Assembly (NCBI RefSeq): GCF_001194135.2
Contig: NC_068984.1
Span: forward strand, 15,527,971 to 15,591,970
Source: Octopus bimaculoides
Lineage: Eukaryota
Reading direction: 5' to 3'
Length of the DNA stretch: 64,000 bases
Within the stretch, counting starts at the first letter, position 1. Each line of letters opens with the position of its first letter. Below, piece after piece: positions 10,701-50,800 of this stretch. The position numbers were made by a program, and so were the translations under genes. The notes below the pieces were generated by a model. The model was not told the DNA's origin. It worked only from the letters and a program-made list of their open reading frames with translations, and ran no database searches.

Positions 10701-13700
10701 ATTGTCACAAAGTAATTTGTGCAAGCATAAAAAATTTGACATTAAAATAAGCTTGGTGTAGTGATTACATACATCAAACAAATGGTGGCATGCATATAGA
10801 TTTCCTATGTTTGGTTTAGAAAGAGAGAAAACAGTGTGATAAAAGGAAAGGGAAACAGATAAGCTTTGACATTATAGAGGAACAAGTCAAAGTGGTGAGC
10901 TGGCAGAATCATTACCATGCCAGGCAAAATGCTTAGCAGCATTTTGTCCGTCTTCATGTTCTGAGTTCAAATTCTGCCGAGGTCTGCTTTGCCTTTCATC
11001 CATTTTGGGTTGATAAAATAAGTACCAGTAATTGACTTAGCCTCTCTCCTTGAAATTATTATAATAGTAACAGGTAAGTTCTGAAGAGTTAAGTCTAATA
11101 ATTGTGGTTGAAAAGATAAAGATCTTGATTTTCTTTATAAAGTACCTTTGTCATTTATGCATGCTAACATTACACACCCTGCTTGCTTCATGTCTTCCCA
11201 ACCTTCACATGTCCTTTGCATTCAGTACCCATATCTCACCCTTATACAGTACTGCAGTTCATACACAAGCATTGTTCAATCTGTTCTTTGCTCAGACAGA
11301 GAATCTTCTTGTCAGCAGAGATAATGGCCTTCAGCTGGCTACTATATTTTCAAAATATCTCCATCTACTGCTGATTAGGTTGACTTCTTAATAGAAATTA
11401 TCAGTTACTTGTACAGAGCCTCCTGAGTGTTGTAAAAGGAACTTATTTTACAAATGCTCTGACTCTTAACTGATGGATAGCTTTCTGAAGAATGCTGTTT
11501 TTGGTTGTATTAGTTGCAGTGAAAGTGACAGGCTTAATGGTTGGGGTGTTACACTCATGATCACAAGATTGTAGCTTTGATTCTTGGACCAGAAGTGCAT
11601 TGTGTTCTTGAGCAAAACACTTCCTTTCATGTTACTCTAGTCCATTCAGCTGTATAATGAATTCCAGCAATAGCTGGGAAGTTAACCCTATGTTGGACTG
11701 GCATCTTGTTCAGGAGAAGTGTTGTGATCTTTGTCACATGCCGGAGAAACTGGGTAACTGGCCCTGTGAATCCTTGGCATCAAGACAGTAATGTCCAGTA
11801 AGAACAGGTATTTTTAATTTAGTAAAGAAGAGCTCTCAAGATAACTGGTTTCCTCAAATGATTATAAATAGTTCCAGCGCTAAGATTAAATCCCATGGGA
11901 AGCTTTCTCACTGTCACAGTAGGATCTCTTGCAAGTATTGCCTCAGGTATTCCATCATAGAACTTGGAAGGACATCTTGATCTAGGGTCATCAAGCAAAT
12001 TTAAATTGCCAAGTCTGAATTTTTGAAAATACTTTCTGCAAGTCCTTTTATTTACAGCATCTCAACCAAAAGCCTTCTGAACATTTTTGGCTGCTTCACT
12101 TGTATTAGAACCTCAACAAAACTCATGATGTGACAAATATGCACTTTACTTGGGTTGATGATGAGTTCTGCATATAAAAAATTAATATACTAAGATTTGC
12201 ATGTTGTTCTAATGGAAACTCTTCATGAAATAATTATATACCAGTGAATCATCATCATCATCATCATTTATCGTTTAACGTCCGCTTTCCATGCTAGCAT
12301 GGGTTGGACGATTTGACTGAGGACTGGTGAAACCGGATGGCAACACCAGGCTCCAATCTAATTTGGCAGAGTTTCTACAGCTGGATGCCCTTCCTAACGC
12401 CAACCACTCAGAGAGTGTAGTGGGTGCTTTTACGTGTCACCCGCACGAAAACGGCCACGCTCGAAATGGTGTCTTTTATGTGCCACCCGCACAAGCCAGT
12501 CCAGGGGCACTGGCAATGATCTCGCTCGAAAATCCTACGGGAGCCAGTCAGGCGGTACTGGCAACGGCCACGCTCAAAATGGTGCATCTCATGTGCCACC
12601 CGCACAAGAGCCAGTCCAGGGGCACTGGCAACGATCTTACTTGGCTTGCCGGGTCTTCTCACGCACAGCACATTTCCAAAGGTCTCGGTCAGTAGTCATC
12701 ACCTCGGTGAGGCCCAATGTACGAAGGTCTTGCCTCGTGTATATTAAAAAAAAAAAAAAACAAATTCTAACTCATAATCAAACAGAACTTTCTACAAATC
12801 CTGATATTTGCTGATATGTCTTGTTGGCAGAGAATGTGCTCGGCTCATTGTTTCTGTTTTATTATCTACTGTGGCACAGTTTCTACAGCTGGATGCCCTT
12901 CATAACGTGAGTCATTTTACACAGTGTTCTGTGTTTTTCTTTTTTTGTAGCATCAGTCCTTCTGAGATCAACATGCAGTATGCAAGACCAAGAACCTCTT
13001 CAACTGAGTAAGGTTGTTTTAATGCTAGGAGGTGACAGGTTATAGTATGAAAAAAGGGGCCAGAACTGAGCAGGTTTCTTGCTGTACAGGAGCTATGTGG
13101 CTATTTACATTATAGAAGAGAGAGTGAGGATAATTGGAGTGGAACTCTAAAGAAAAATAAAATAGTGATGATGAGAGGGTGGACCCTCAAGGTGCAAGAA
13201 GGTGAACAGAAGAACAGGGAGTCTGGGTAGATGAAGGTTGCAAGAATGTACATGGAAAGTGAGGAATAGGAACAAAGGAGGGAAGAGAAGATGACTAGAG
13301 ACTGGGTGGATGTAGTGAATGGTAGACCAAAGTGAAGGGGGTGATCAATGATACATACAAGTTGGAGGAAGGTAGAAGAGAGTAGGTAATGACTGACAGT
13401 ACAAAAAGGGGCAAAGAGCTCACACCATTATCTGTATTTTACACGTCGGCTTTTGCATGCTGGCATGGGTTGAGCAATTTTATAAGGCAGTATTTTACAG
13501 TCTGTTGCTCTTTTAGTAGCCTCTTATGACATGTTGGGACAGATGCAGTGTACCTCTTCTGAAACCAACATCCATCACCATAATTAATTAATATATTGTA
13601 AAGTTTAAAAAAAATATATAATTATTCTTACAAGGAATCTAAAATAAGCATTGTTACTTTTTTCTTTTTTTTTAGATCAGTAACAAAAATTAAAATAGAC

Positions 13701-15904
13701 GAAATGATAACATTCAAAGTTTATAAACAATAAAATGTTTGCCTTTCTCTAAGAGTACAGATACTTCTTCTGGTGATAGCTGCAATGGAAGTCCAAGTAA
13801 GTTGTTTTGGCATGGAGCACGAGGAAGAGCACCGACCAATGTTCCAACGATTCTGTGCTGTTTTCTTAATAACATGACATCTGAAAGACAAAGAAAATCT
13901 TGTGTAATACATATTTAAAGTAGCAAGCTGGCGGATTCATTAGCATATTGAGCAACATTTTTCTAGTTCTTTATGTTCTGTGTTCAAATTTTGATGGAAG
14001 GTTTTAATTTAGATTACTTTAAAATGTAATCTTTGTATCAGAGCCAGGGTGTGGGCTCAGATGGGTTGGTATCAAAAGGGCTAACTGACATAGGTTGTCC
14101 AAATTGTAAATGTCCATAAAGCAATTCTTCCTCTATAGTAACTGTTTCTGTTCTTCTTCCTTGCAGATACATAATGGTTACCAAGCAGAAGCAATGTGCT
14201 GTCACCGAGTTCTTGACAAAGGAGGGCACAGGCTATCTGACATTCACAGACAGATTGTTTACAGAGATGACGTCATTGTCAAGAGTGATAAAGAAGGGAA
14301 TCCCAGCACTGAAAACAAAGGATGCAGTGGAAGTCCACGAACTGTGGCCATTGTGACATGAATCGCTATTGAGTGGACACACTGATTTACACAGACAGAC
14401 AAGTCAGAATCCGTAAGTTCACAGTACAACTGTTCTGTGATCATTATGCATTACAAAAGATGGTGGAAGATTTTGGGGATGAAAAAATGTGTAAAGCAGG
14501 TATTTTGGGAGTTGGTATTTGATTTGAAGGAGAGAAGGGTGGAAATATGCTCTGATCTGCTGGAAGCATTTGAAGTCAATGAGGGCATGTTTTTTTTTTT
14601 CCAATCTGGGGATTGAGGATGGGGGATGAAACATTGGTGTATCTTTATGATCCAGAAATGAAAACTCAGTCCACACCTCTTTTTCATAACCTAAGAAGTT
14701 CAAAGGCTAGTAATCAGCACAGAAAGTTATGGTAACTGGTTTTGGAGATGACAAGGGCATCATTCTTTTTGACTTTTTGACATGCAGTCATACCATGAAA
14801 GCTTAGAAAAACCATAAGGAGTAAGAGACCAAGCAAAAATCTAAAAATGATCCACAATCACCCTGACAATGCACAGCCAAACAGATCTTCGGCTATGAAT
14901 TAGGCAATTGACAAATTGGTCTGGTCAGTGGTCCCTCATCCATTATAGAGCCCAGATCTGGCACTCTCTGACTTCCAACTATTTGGTTGGAATGATAACA
15001 TGAAGTGAAAGTGGCTGAGAAGTAGTGGGTATAACAGAGCACACCTGAATTTTATCAAAGGAGATTTAAGAGCTGAGTTCAACAATGGTGCAAATGCATT
15101 GCTTGTGAAGGAGACTATGTCAAGTAGCACCTTTCTACAGAGGAAGAATTACTCAACCACTGTATGCAATTTGAATGATCTTTGTCAGCTAATAAAAAAC
15201 TTAAGCCCACTTTTACCTTACTTTCATATATATATATATATATATATATANNNNNNNNNNNNNNNNNNNNNNNNNNNNNNNAAAACCGTTACTCTGAGTT
15301 TCACGTTCCCGTTCATCGGACATTCTAACAAAACTGTCCAATGAACGGGAACGTGAAACTCAGAGTAACGGTTTTTTTGTTATATTTCTGCTGCTTTTAA
15401 ATAAAGCATATTACTCTACCTCTGGTATTTGAGTACTCTTTTTTCCACCTTGTTGCACATTGCATGTGCTTACTCCGGTACATATATATATATATATACA
15501 GTGAAGCTTTATTATAGCATCATATATTATTGACTGCTATTTCCAGTAAATATTGGTGCATTGTTGTACCACCAGTCTATATATATATATATATTTGACA
15601 CTGTCAGAATTGTTTGATATCCACAGAGCTAACAGAACATTTGTTTAATGTAGGTCCACCCTGATCAAGAAGGCCTATGATCAAACACATTCTAGCAGCT
15701 CTGTTCTGAATTTTTTCATGCTTCATTTTTCTAAAACAGTCAGGCTGATTAATGAGAGATTAATCTTTTTTAAATGGTTTCATTTGAGTCCAGTGTTGTA
15801 AAAAAATTATTCATTTTTTTTTTAGAGGTATTTTGGTAATTTTTGACATGGGTCTTCAAGCACTTTCCTTCCAATTCTTGGTTCTTATTAGCTACATTTA
15901 CTGC

Positions 15905-15941
<37 letters not shown>

Positions 15942-17485
15942 CAAAATCGGAATTGTATTTTAAGCGTGGAGTTCCCAAAAACATTTTCGGAAAAAGTTAA
16001 AAAGAAAAAAANNNNNNNNNNNNNNNNNNNNNNNNNNNNNNNNNNNNNNNNNNNNNNNNNNNNNNNNNNNNNNNNNNNNNNNNNNNNNNNNNNNNNNNNN
16101 NNNNNNNNNNNNNNNNNNNNNNNNNNNNNNNNNNNNNNNNNNNNNNNNNNNNNNNNNNNNNNNNNNNNNNNNNNNNNNNNNNNNNNNNNNNNNNNNNNNN
16201 NNNNNNNNNNNNNNNNNNNNNNNNNNNNNNNNNNNNNNNNNNNNNNNNNNNNNNNNNNNNNNNNNNNNNNNNNNNNNNNNNNNNNNNNNNNNNNNNNNNN
16301 NNNNNNNNNNNNNNNNNNNNNNNNNNNNNNNNNNNNNNNNNNNNNNNNNNNNNNNNNNNNNNNNNNNNNNNNNNNNNNNNNNNNNNNNNNNNNNNNNNNN
16401 NNNNNNNNNNNNNNNNNNNNNNNNNNNNNNNNNNNNNNNNNNNNNNNNNNNNNNNNNNNNNNNNNNNNNNNNNNNNNNNNNNNNNNNNAATAGTTAAAGT
16501 CAAAATAACATGACCCCTATCAATGCATCATCGGTTTCCGTCTGTTAATAAAACTAAAACAATATTTATAAAATTAGTTGAAGATATGTATATTTTTACG
16601 AAAATATCAAAGCGGAAAAAAAAAAAATGCCGAAGTAAAAGAGAACTAGATTGCTGGTTGTTACGCAATTTTGCATGTTCTCCGATATTTTCAGTATTTA
16701 TTTTCTCTTTCGTTTGTTTCGGTTTATATGGAAGGGTGTTTTTTTTTGGGGGGGGGGAGTCTTGCCTAAGATTATTGCATGGAAGCTATTCTAATATTTG
16801 GATTTAGGTCTAAAAGATAGGGTTTGTGTTGTGAATGGATGAGGTTTATCAAATCCTACAGATGTCGGTAAAACCTAGGTTACGAAAAATAACCAAACTG
16901 AATGTTTGTGAAAAGCTACTGACATCTAATTTCTCACAAATGTTTAAAAAAAAACCCACCCAAAATACAGGTGACGATATTAACATTAGTTCGAGCAGAC
17001 GAACGAGATTCTTGTAATACAATTTCAACGTAGTCATGACCACTGCGTTTTTTCAAATAGCTTTCTCTAACATTATCTAATATGTCCTTTAAAAATTTAC
17101 CTTTAAAGCTTAAAAGGTGCAAGCTGAGAGAGATTTGGATGCCATTTCTAGCTAATTGAGCGGCCATGTAGAGGCTAGCGAAAAATAGACAAAAAGGCGA
17201 GGTCCTGCCAGGAAGGAAAAAGAACTCGTTTAATGCACATGGAGGTACCTTCTCTTAATCACTACATAAAGATATAAAATTTACATTTGGAACGATAAAT
17301 TTCTTTAAACTAATCTCTGTAGCTTTACCTCGTCAATATAAAATCAAATGTCGATATGAAAAAGGGGTATCGATACTGTTTAGAATATTGACATAAAATG
17401 TATATTTACCTTCATTATTCCATACTAAACCAACATCACCATCAACATAAATTTTGATCACTTTTTCATTTAAACTCTCTTCCAT
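4793..17485 (-). CDS. TSEN34: tRNA-splicing endonuclease subunit SEN34, 6 coding exons, 297 aa
   Basis: Minus-strand exons 17485-17410, 13880-13743, 7958-7861, 6568-6349, 6254-6096, 4995-4793 join in frame (894 nt). N-terminal IVGTLVGALPRAP..LGLPLQLSPEEVSVLLEKG; catalytic region KFGGDFLVYPGDPARYHS..RLGTSVRKT..FISLQW with the Tyr/His/Lys triad. Intron 2 needs a GC donor at 13742-13741. Confidence 0.93.
8740..10365 (+). mobile_element. 5'-truncated, decayed RTE-type LINE (RT C-terminal half plus full 3' UTR with (GAT)n tail)
   Basis: Frameshifted RT motifs: VQVG..FSPIFFIIVLQAIT, LLYADDLALIAE (8995-9009), NLAKTKV, VVDSFCYL, LHGSETWAMT, GRPRKTWEKVV. Then the UTR ending GGACAACAGACATTAAATGATGATGAT. 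Lies antisense in TSEN34 intron 2. Confidence 0.88.
9932..10085 (+). repeat. 42-nt tandem repeat (about 3.5 copies) in the LINE 3' UTR
   Basis: Units start at 9932, 9974, 10016 and 10058 (GAGTGTTGGGCCTCATGGAGCCAAAGTGGCCGAGTTTCTTTC-like). Confidence 0.85.
11100..11380 (-). mobile_element. Short decayed RTE LINE RT fragment
   Basis: Minus-strand translation RLNNACV*TAVLYKGEIWVLNAKDM*RL resembles the RTE LYNACVRSAMLYGSETW segment. Confidence 0.55.
11830..12240 (-). mobile_element. mariner transposase relic (N-terminal HTH part)
   Basis: Minus strand KVHICHIM..EAAKNVQKAFG*DAVNKRTCRKYFQKFRLGNLNLLDDPRSRCP..DPTVTVRKL..TIYNHLRK matches the mariner N-terminus; contains stops. Confidence 0.75.
12247..12742 (-). 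mobile_element. RTE LINE 3' end (ORF terminus plus modular 3' UTR)
   Basis: Minus strand reads TRQDLRTLGLTEVMTTDRDLWKCAVREKTRQAK*, then hairpin modules, GGTTGGCGTTAGGAAGGGCATCCAGCTG and a (GAT)n tail. Further copies at about 5069-5745, 7336-7655, 24353-24655, 29283-29946, 32040-32230, 35661-35810, 36725-37440, 41525-41705, 44290-44515, 50480-50725, 52505-52650. Confidence 0.85.
14085..15230 (+). mobile_element. Decayed near full-length mariner element
   Basis: Frameshifted transposase: TKQKQCAVTEFLTKEG, GDETLVYLYDPEMKTQS, KVMVTGFGDDKGIILFDFL, HPDNAQP, SPDLALSDFQLFG, WCKCIACEGDYVK*. Imperfect inverted repeats 14085-14141 and 15133-15188. Confidence 0.85.
15282..15375. repeat. Near-perfect 41-bp inverted repeat with 12-nt loop
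   Basis: 15282-15322 pairs with 15335-15375 with one mismatch; lies beside (TA)n and a gap. Confidence 0.9.
16012..16488. other. Assembly gap (Ns)
   Basis: Other gaps: 15251-15281, 29947-30532, 37138-37265, 43473-43677, 51270-51279. ORFs crossing them are artefacts. Confidence 1.
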
Positions 17486-19344
17486 GTTAAATCTTATTTG
17501 TGGGGATTTTCTAAAGACAGAGTCCAAGACACATGGGATAAAAATTCAGCGATTTATATACGTCAATCCATCGTGTTTACTCCAACGAGGTAACGAGGAC
17601 ATCGAGTGCCTCTAAATTCCAGCATGGAAATGAAACGAACTAATGTATATGTATATACCGGAGCAACGAATGATTTTGACATTTGCGTTCGATTTAATAG
17701 GCAAAATATTTGAGATAATTTTATTTGGCATTTGCTTTAGAATATGTGGACATCATGCACCAAAAAGACAATAGGAAACAAAATCATGCCTGTATGTTGT
17801 TGTTTAAAACGTTGAAACAGAAACAAACAGTGCCAATCCAATTCCTTGGAGGAAATTCACACTCCAGCATCTCGCAAATTGTTTTCTTTTCACTTTAAGA
17901 AATATTTTCTAGCTATAATTATACATTTTTAATTTGCTTTTGAAAGCATCTTAACAACAAAATGTATTTCTAACAAGAATTTGATGGTTCTTTACGAATA
18001 TTGCAAATTTAAATCTAATTCTAGTCTGGCGGAATCTATCGTGCATGTTTCAACAGTTCATTTATTTAATTCATGTTTATTTACTATCAAAACCTGTAAA
18101 TAATTTTAAATATTGACACTGTATAAATGTAGAAAATGAAGTTAACTGGAGCCTATGGCTTAAAATTCTTTACAAAGAATGACGCTTCATCCTGACTATT
18201 ATAGTTTTGCCCCAGGTCGTGAACAAACAAATTTATGATCAAAAGACAATCAAGCCTTGACCATCCAGTTGTTTTTAGTGGCATCTGTGACTTTATCAGT
18301 ATTCTTTTTTCTTTTCTTTTCAAGATGCTAGGGTGTGATTTGAGGAATGTTAAACAGCTAATTATAGCAGGTCAAGTGTACATATAGAGGAGCCCTCTGT
18401 ATGTGGAATATAAGATTGAATTATTTATAGATGATTATTTCACTTAATAATCCCCGAAACATAGGCAGAATTACTCAAGAAGTCGTCTTCTGGATTTAAT
18501 ATAAGTGATTAATATATAACATCGATGTAGTCATTAAATGAATATCGCTTTTCTATGTCCTGTAATCCAGCTGTAATCCTGTAAATACCAAGTTCACCTT
18601 GACATTCGTTCCTATAGGCTCTATAAAATAATGACAACAATGCACAAAATCGCCTATTAACCCTGACCTTGGCAAAGAAATCATGATAATACAATGTGTT
18701 CCAATGAGTTGGGGGTCACTTTGTGTAATATTGATTTTGAACATATTCAGGATGAAGGGTTTAACCTTAATATTTAACTGGCATTTAAAAATATTTTAAT
18801 CTACCCTGCAAGGATGAAAGGCAAAGTGACCTCGGTAGGATTTGAAACTCAGAACATAGAGACGTAATTAAATATCACTAGGCATTTTGTTCGTCACTCT
18901 CCTGATTCCACCACCCATTGATCTGACTGGTGTCAATCAGATTTCGTTTTGATGATGCACAACAGCTCAGAGTATTTTGTGATGTTTATTTCCTTTTCCA
19001 AAAGTATTAGTTACGTAAATGAATCATAATAGCTTCCACTTTGCAGTCTTAATCTTTTTGAAGATAATCTCATGTTTTATCTAAAACCATCACAGTAGAA
19101 AGTTTAATATTAATGAGCTTATGAATATTTATATTTTTCTGATTTTGAATAATAAATATTGCATTAAATACTTTAACGTTGTCCCAAATTTCTTCACAAA
19201 ACCCAATAAAAATATTTTACGTTTTTTCATATGAAAATATTTATACACAAAAAATTATGTTAGCAATAAATTAAAAAGTCTCATATCTACGACTGAATGG
19301 AAAATGTTTTACTATTCCGCTTTTTAATTGTTCTATTATAATAA

Positions 19345-19430
19345 GTCACGTGTCTGCTCACATGACCAATTTCTGGCGGGAAATTTTAGCACAACTAACG
19401 TGGCGCGTACACCTTTGTTGCGGGAATATT
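19345..19430 (+). promoter_or_regulatory. MCM3 proximal promoter with E2F sites
   Basis: CACGTG 19347-19352, CCAAT 19366-19370, GGCGGGAAA 19375-19383 (reverse of TTTCCCGCC), GGCGCG 19402-19407 and GCGGGAA 19420-19426, all within 130 nt of the ATG. MCM genes are established E2F targets. Confidence 0.65.
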
Positions 19431-19471
19431 TCTAAGGAAATTTAATTTTCCCCTAAGTTTTATCATTAATA

Positions 19472-47890
<28,419 letters not shown>

Positions 47891-50800
47891 ATGTAACCAT
47901 GGCGACTAAACCACTATTAAGTGGTTTATCTGAACAGTAATTTTGGAAAGATTGAGATGTAAATGTTGTTGATATGTCATATACACATACATGCATAAAC
48001 ATATACTCAAATTAGAAATTTTGAAACGAACTCTGGGATTTGGATACAATTTCTTTAAATTTCATCAAGATGCATTTCTCATTAAGTTGGTGTCTTCTGC
48101 TCTCTTTATCCATTGGTTCCAGGAGAAATGCACAACCATTCATCCTTATTTACTTGTTTATATCCTTACACATGGAATATTAAATAATTGCTCTAAATTA
48201 TTTTAGGTATGTATGTACCTGTGAGAGAAAAAAAAGTGACTGAGTGATAATGTAATGCATAGTTGTTTGGGAGTCTTGTAGGTTTTAAAAGAAATGCAGA
48301 TGAGAAGTGGAAAATTCAAACATGCAGACATTTTAAGCAACTGTTGAGCATGCCTGGCATAAATAAATTCATCACTGATCTGTAATTAAGATTTAAATAT
48401 TCATTTTCTTTTTGTACAAAATTTCTGCAAAATGCAAATAAGATCATTTTTGCCAAGTGTTTGATTAAACTAAGGAATTTTTATATGAATTCTTTTAATT
48501 TCAGTTGAAGACTGCAAAAGCACTTTATTTTTTAACTTACAACTCTAGATTCTTGATAAACAGATAACTAATGTGCTTATGTTTAGCAGTATTTCGCCTG
48601 TCTTTACATTCTGAGTTCAAATTTCACTGAGGTTGACTTTTTCTTCCATCCTTTTGGGATCAACAAAATAAGTACCAGTTGGAACACTGGGGTTGATTTT
48701 TCCCCCGAAATCGCTGGCCTTGTGCCAAAATTTGAAATCAATATTATTAACAAATGTAATATCTAAATAATAATTCCCTTTACTTTCCCTTACTGTAAAA
48801 AAAAAAAAAAAAAGTTAATATGTTTGTCACAAATCTTAAAGTTTAAACCTTTATGATTAAATGGAATTCCTAATTCTAAATTTGAAGGTTAACAGGGTTG
48901 ATGAATGGAATGTATTCATTCTTTTGTATATATAATTGTTTAAAATAAAAATTTTTAAATACATTTTTGTTTTCTTCAATTGTTTGTAAATAAGAATATA
49001 TATGTTGATTAAAACATGACTGTGGTAAAGACATTCAATTTCATTGTATGACACCTTAGGCAAGTGTTTTCTTCCATAGCCTTGCATTGGCCAGATCCTT
49101 GTAAAATTTGGTTGACTGAAACTGTTTGGAAGCCTGTGGTATTTGTGTGTATTGGTGATTCATCTGTTTTGGTCATGTCCTTTCATGCCATGCAAAATGG
49201 TTTTTGTCTTCCTCCAGATTGATAAAATGTTTTCCCACCTTTAAGTATAAATGACTAAAAGAAGTTGAATTGTCATCTTTGGTAGAGTCACTTCTTTGGC
49301 TTCAACTCTAGAACAGCTTTCAAGAGAATTGGAATCAAGAATCTAACCAACAACACTCAGGGTAAGCTTCTCCCATTCAGAATGAACCAAATGTTGCATA
49401 TGGTGTCATCAAAATGGCTTATCTCGTAATTCACATCACTTCTCACTTGGAGCAAAGGGACTGGAATGGTACTGTGATAACTCTACGGATCTACCCTAGA
49501 TAGTGAATGACCAGAGTAGACAACATTATAGCTGACACAAGGAGTAATGGGTCACCTTGCTGGACACTAGTTGGATACATGATGTTGCTACCAATGAGTA
49601 TGGTAGATGTTCTGTAGGAAGGATGAGCCAACTGGACAGCATGGAAAATGGACACCAAATGATGATGATGATGATGATAACCTGTCTATGGTTGCAACTA
49701 ATGTTACTCAGGGTGTTTTGCTTGTTCAAATTAATGAGAAGGCAAGGAAAATCAGACGTGCATACCCAGTGTGTGGATGGCCTCTTCATATTGATACCAA
49801 AATGAATGGGGACCGTTGTTAGTTCAGCTCTGTCTCTTTATCTACTGGCAACTTTAGGCATGAAATCATCATCATCATCGTTTAACATCTGCTTTCCGGA
49901 GGCTGTTTGTTAGAGAAGCGATTGACTGAAGCAAACATTTGCTGGGTGTAGCGAAGTTGGGTGATTAAGTGACTGACCACAAGCTATCTATATCACCTTT
50001 AATGCTGCCAAGGGGAAGTTTCAGAGCAGCACAAGGTCTTAGATTGTTCTGATATTGGCCAAGGGGCAGGAATGGTGATGGCTTGGTGTTTCATCAGGAG
50101 TGAATTGGAGGACTTCATCATTTGATGCTAGTACTCACTAGAAGACATCTCAGTCAGTTAATTTTGTGTTGATGCAAGCACAGGGATTTTGTATCGTCTT
50201 TGAAAGACTGGATGGTACGTCAGCATAAGTGGACAGCCTGGGAGTAAGGAAAGGCTTATTAATTACAGGTGTCACTTTGAGGTGGTTTAGCTGTATTGTG
50301 AGATAAGCTTCATCACTTCTTGCAATGTAGACATTGCCTGTTATTTACACAACCAGTGATCAGGACTGGCTTGGATGGTTGAACTGGACTGCTGACATGC
50401 TACACTGATTACTTGTCTGCTCAGACTTCTGTATTGGCTTTTGTTTTCCTGTACATCTTATGGGCACCATGTTAAGAGTACCTCTGCCAGCACAACATAC
50501 AAAGCACCTGTGCTGGTGCTATGTAAGAAGCATTCTGGATGGCTCTACATAAAGAGCACTCATACCAGTACCATGGACAAGCATCCAGTACAATCTGTAA
50601 AATGGTTGGTATTAGGAAGGGCATCAAGCCATAGAAACCATGCCAAAACAGACGACTGGCACAGCTCCTTTCAAACTGCCCAACCCATGCCAGCATGGAA
50701 AGCAGATATCAAATAATGATGATGACTGTATCTCTCAGAATCCCAATGCTCATAAACTCTGTAAATTCTCCTTGGATCTCTGATATCACTAATTGTAATC

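Noticed and set aside
15843-16503. Long ORFs crossing N runs (also 29620-30657 and 43352-43754)
   Set aside because: Open only because Ns contain no stop codons.
16835-17017. 60-aa plus-strand ORF MDEVYQILQ..
   Set aside because: No recognisable motif or partner exons; length compatible with chance.
18509-18744. Two short minus-strand ORFs between TSEN34 and MCM3
   Set aside because: No homology recognised, and the implied intron (19 nt) is too short.
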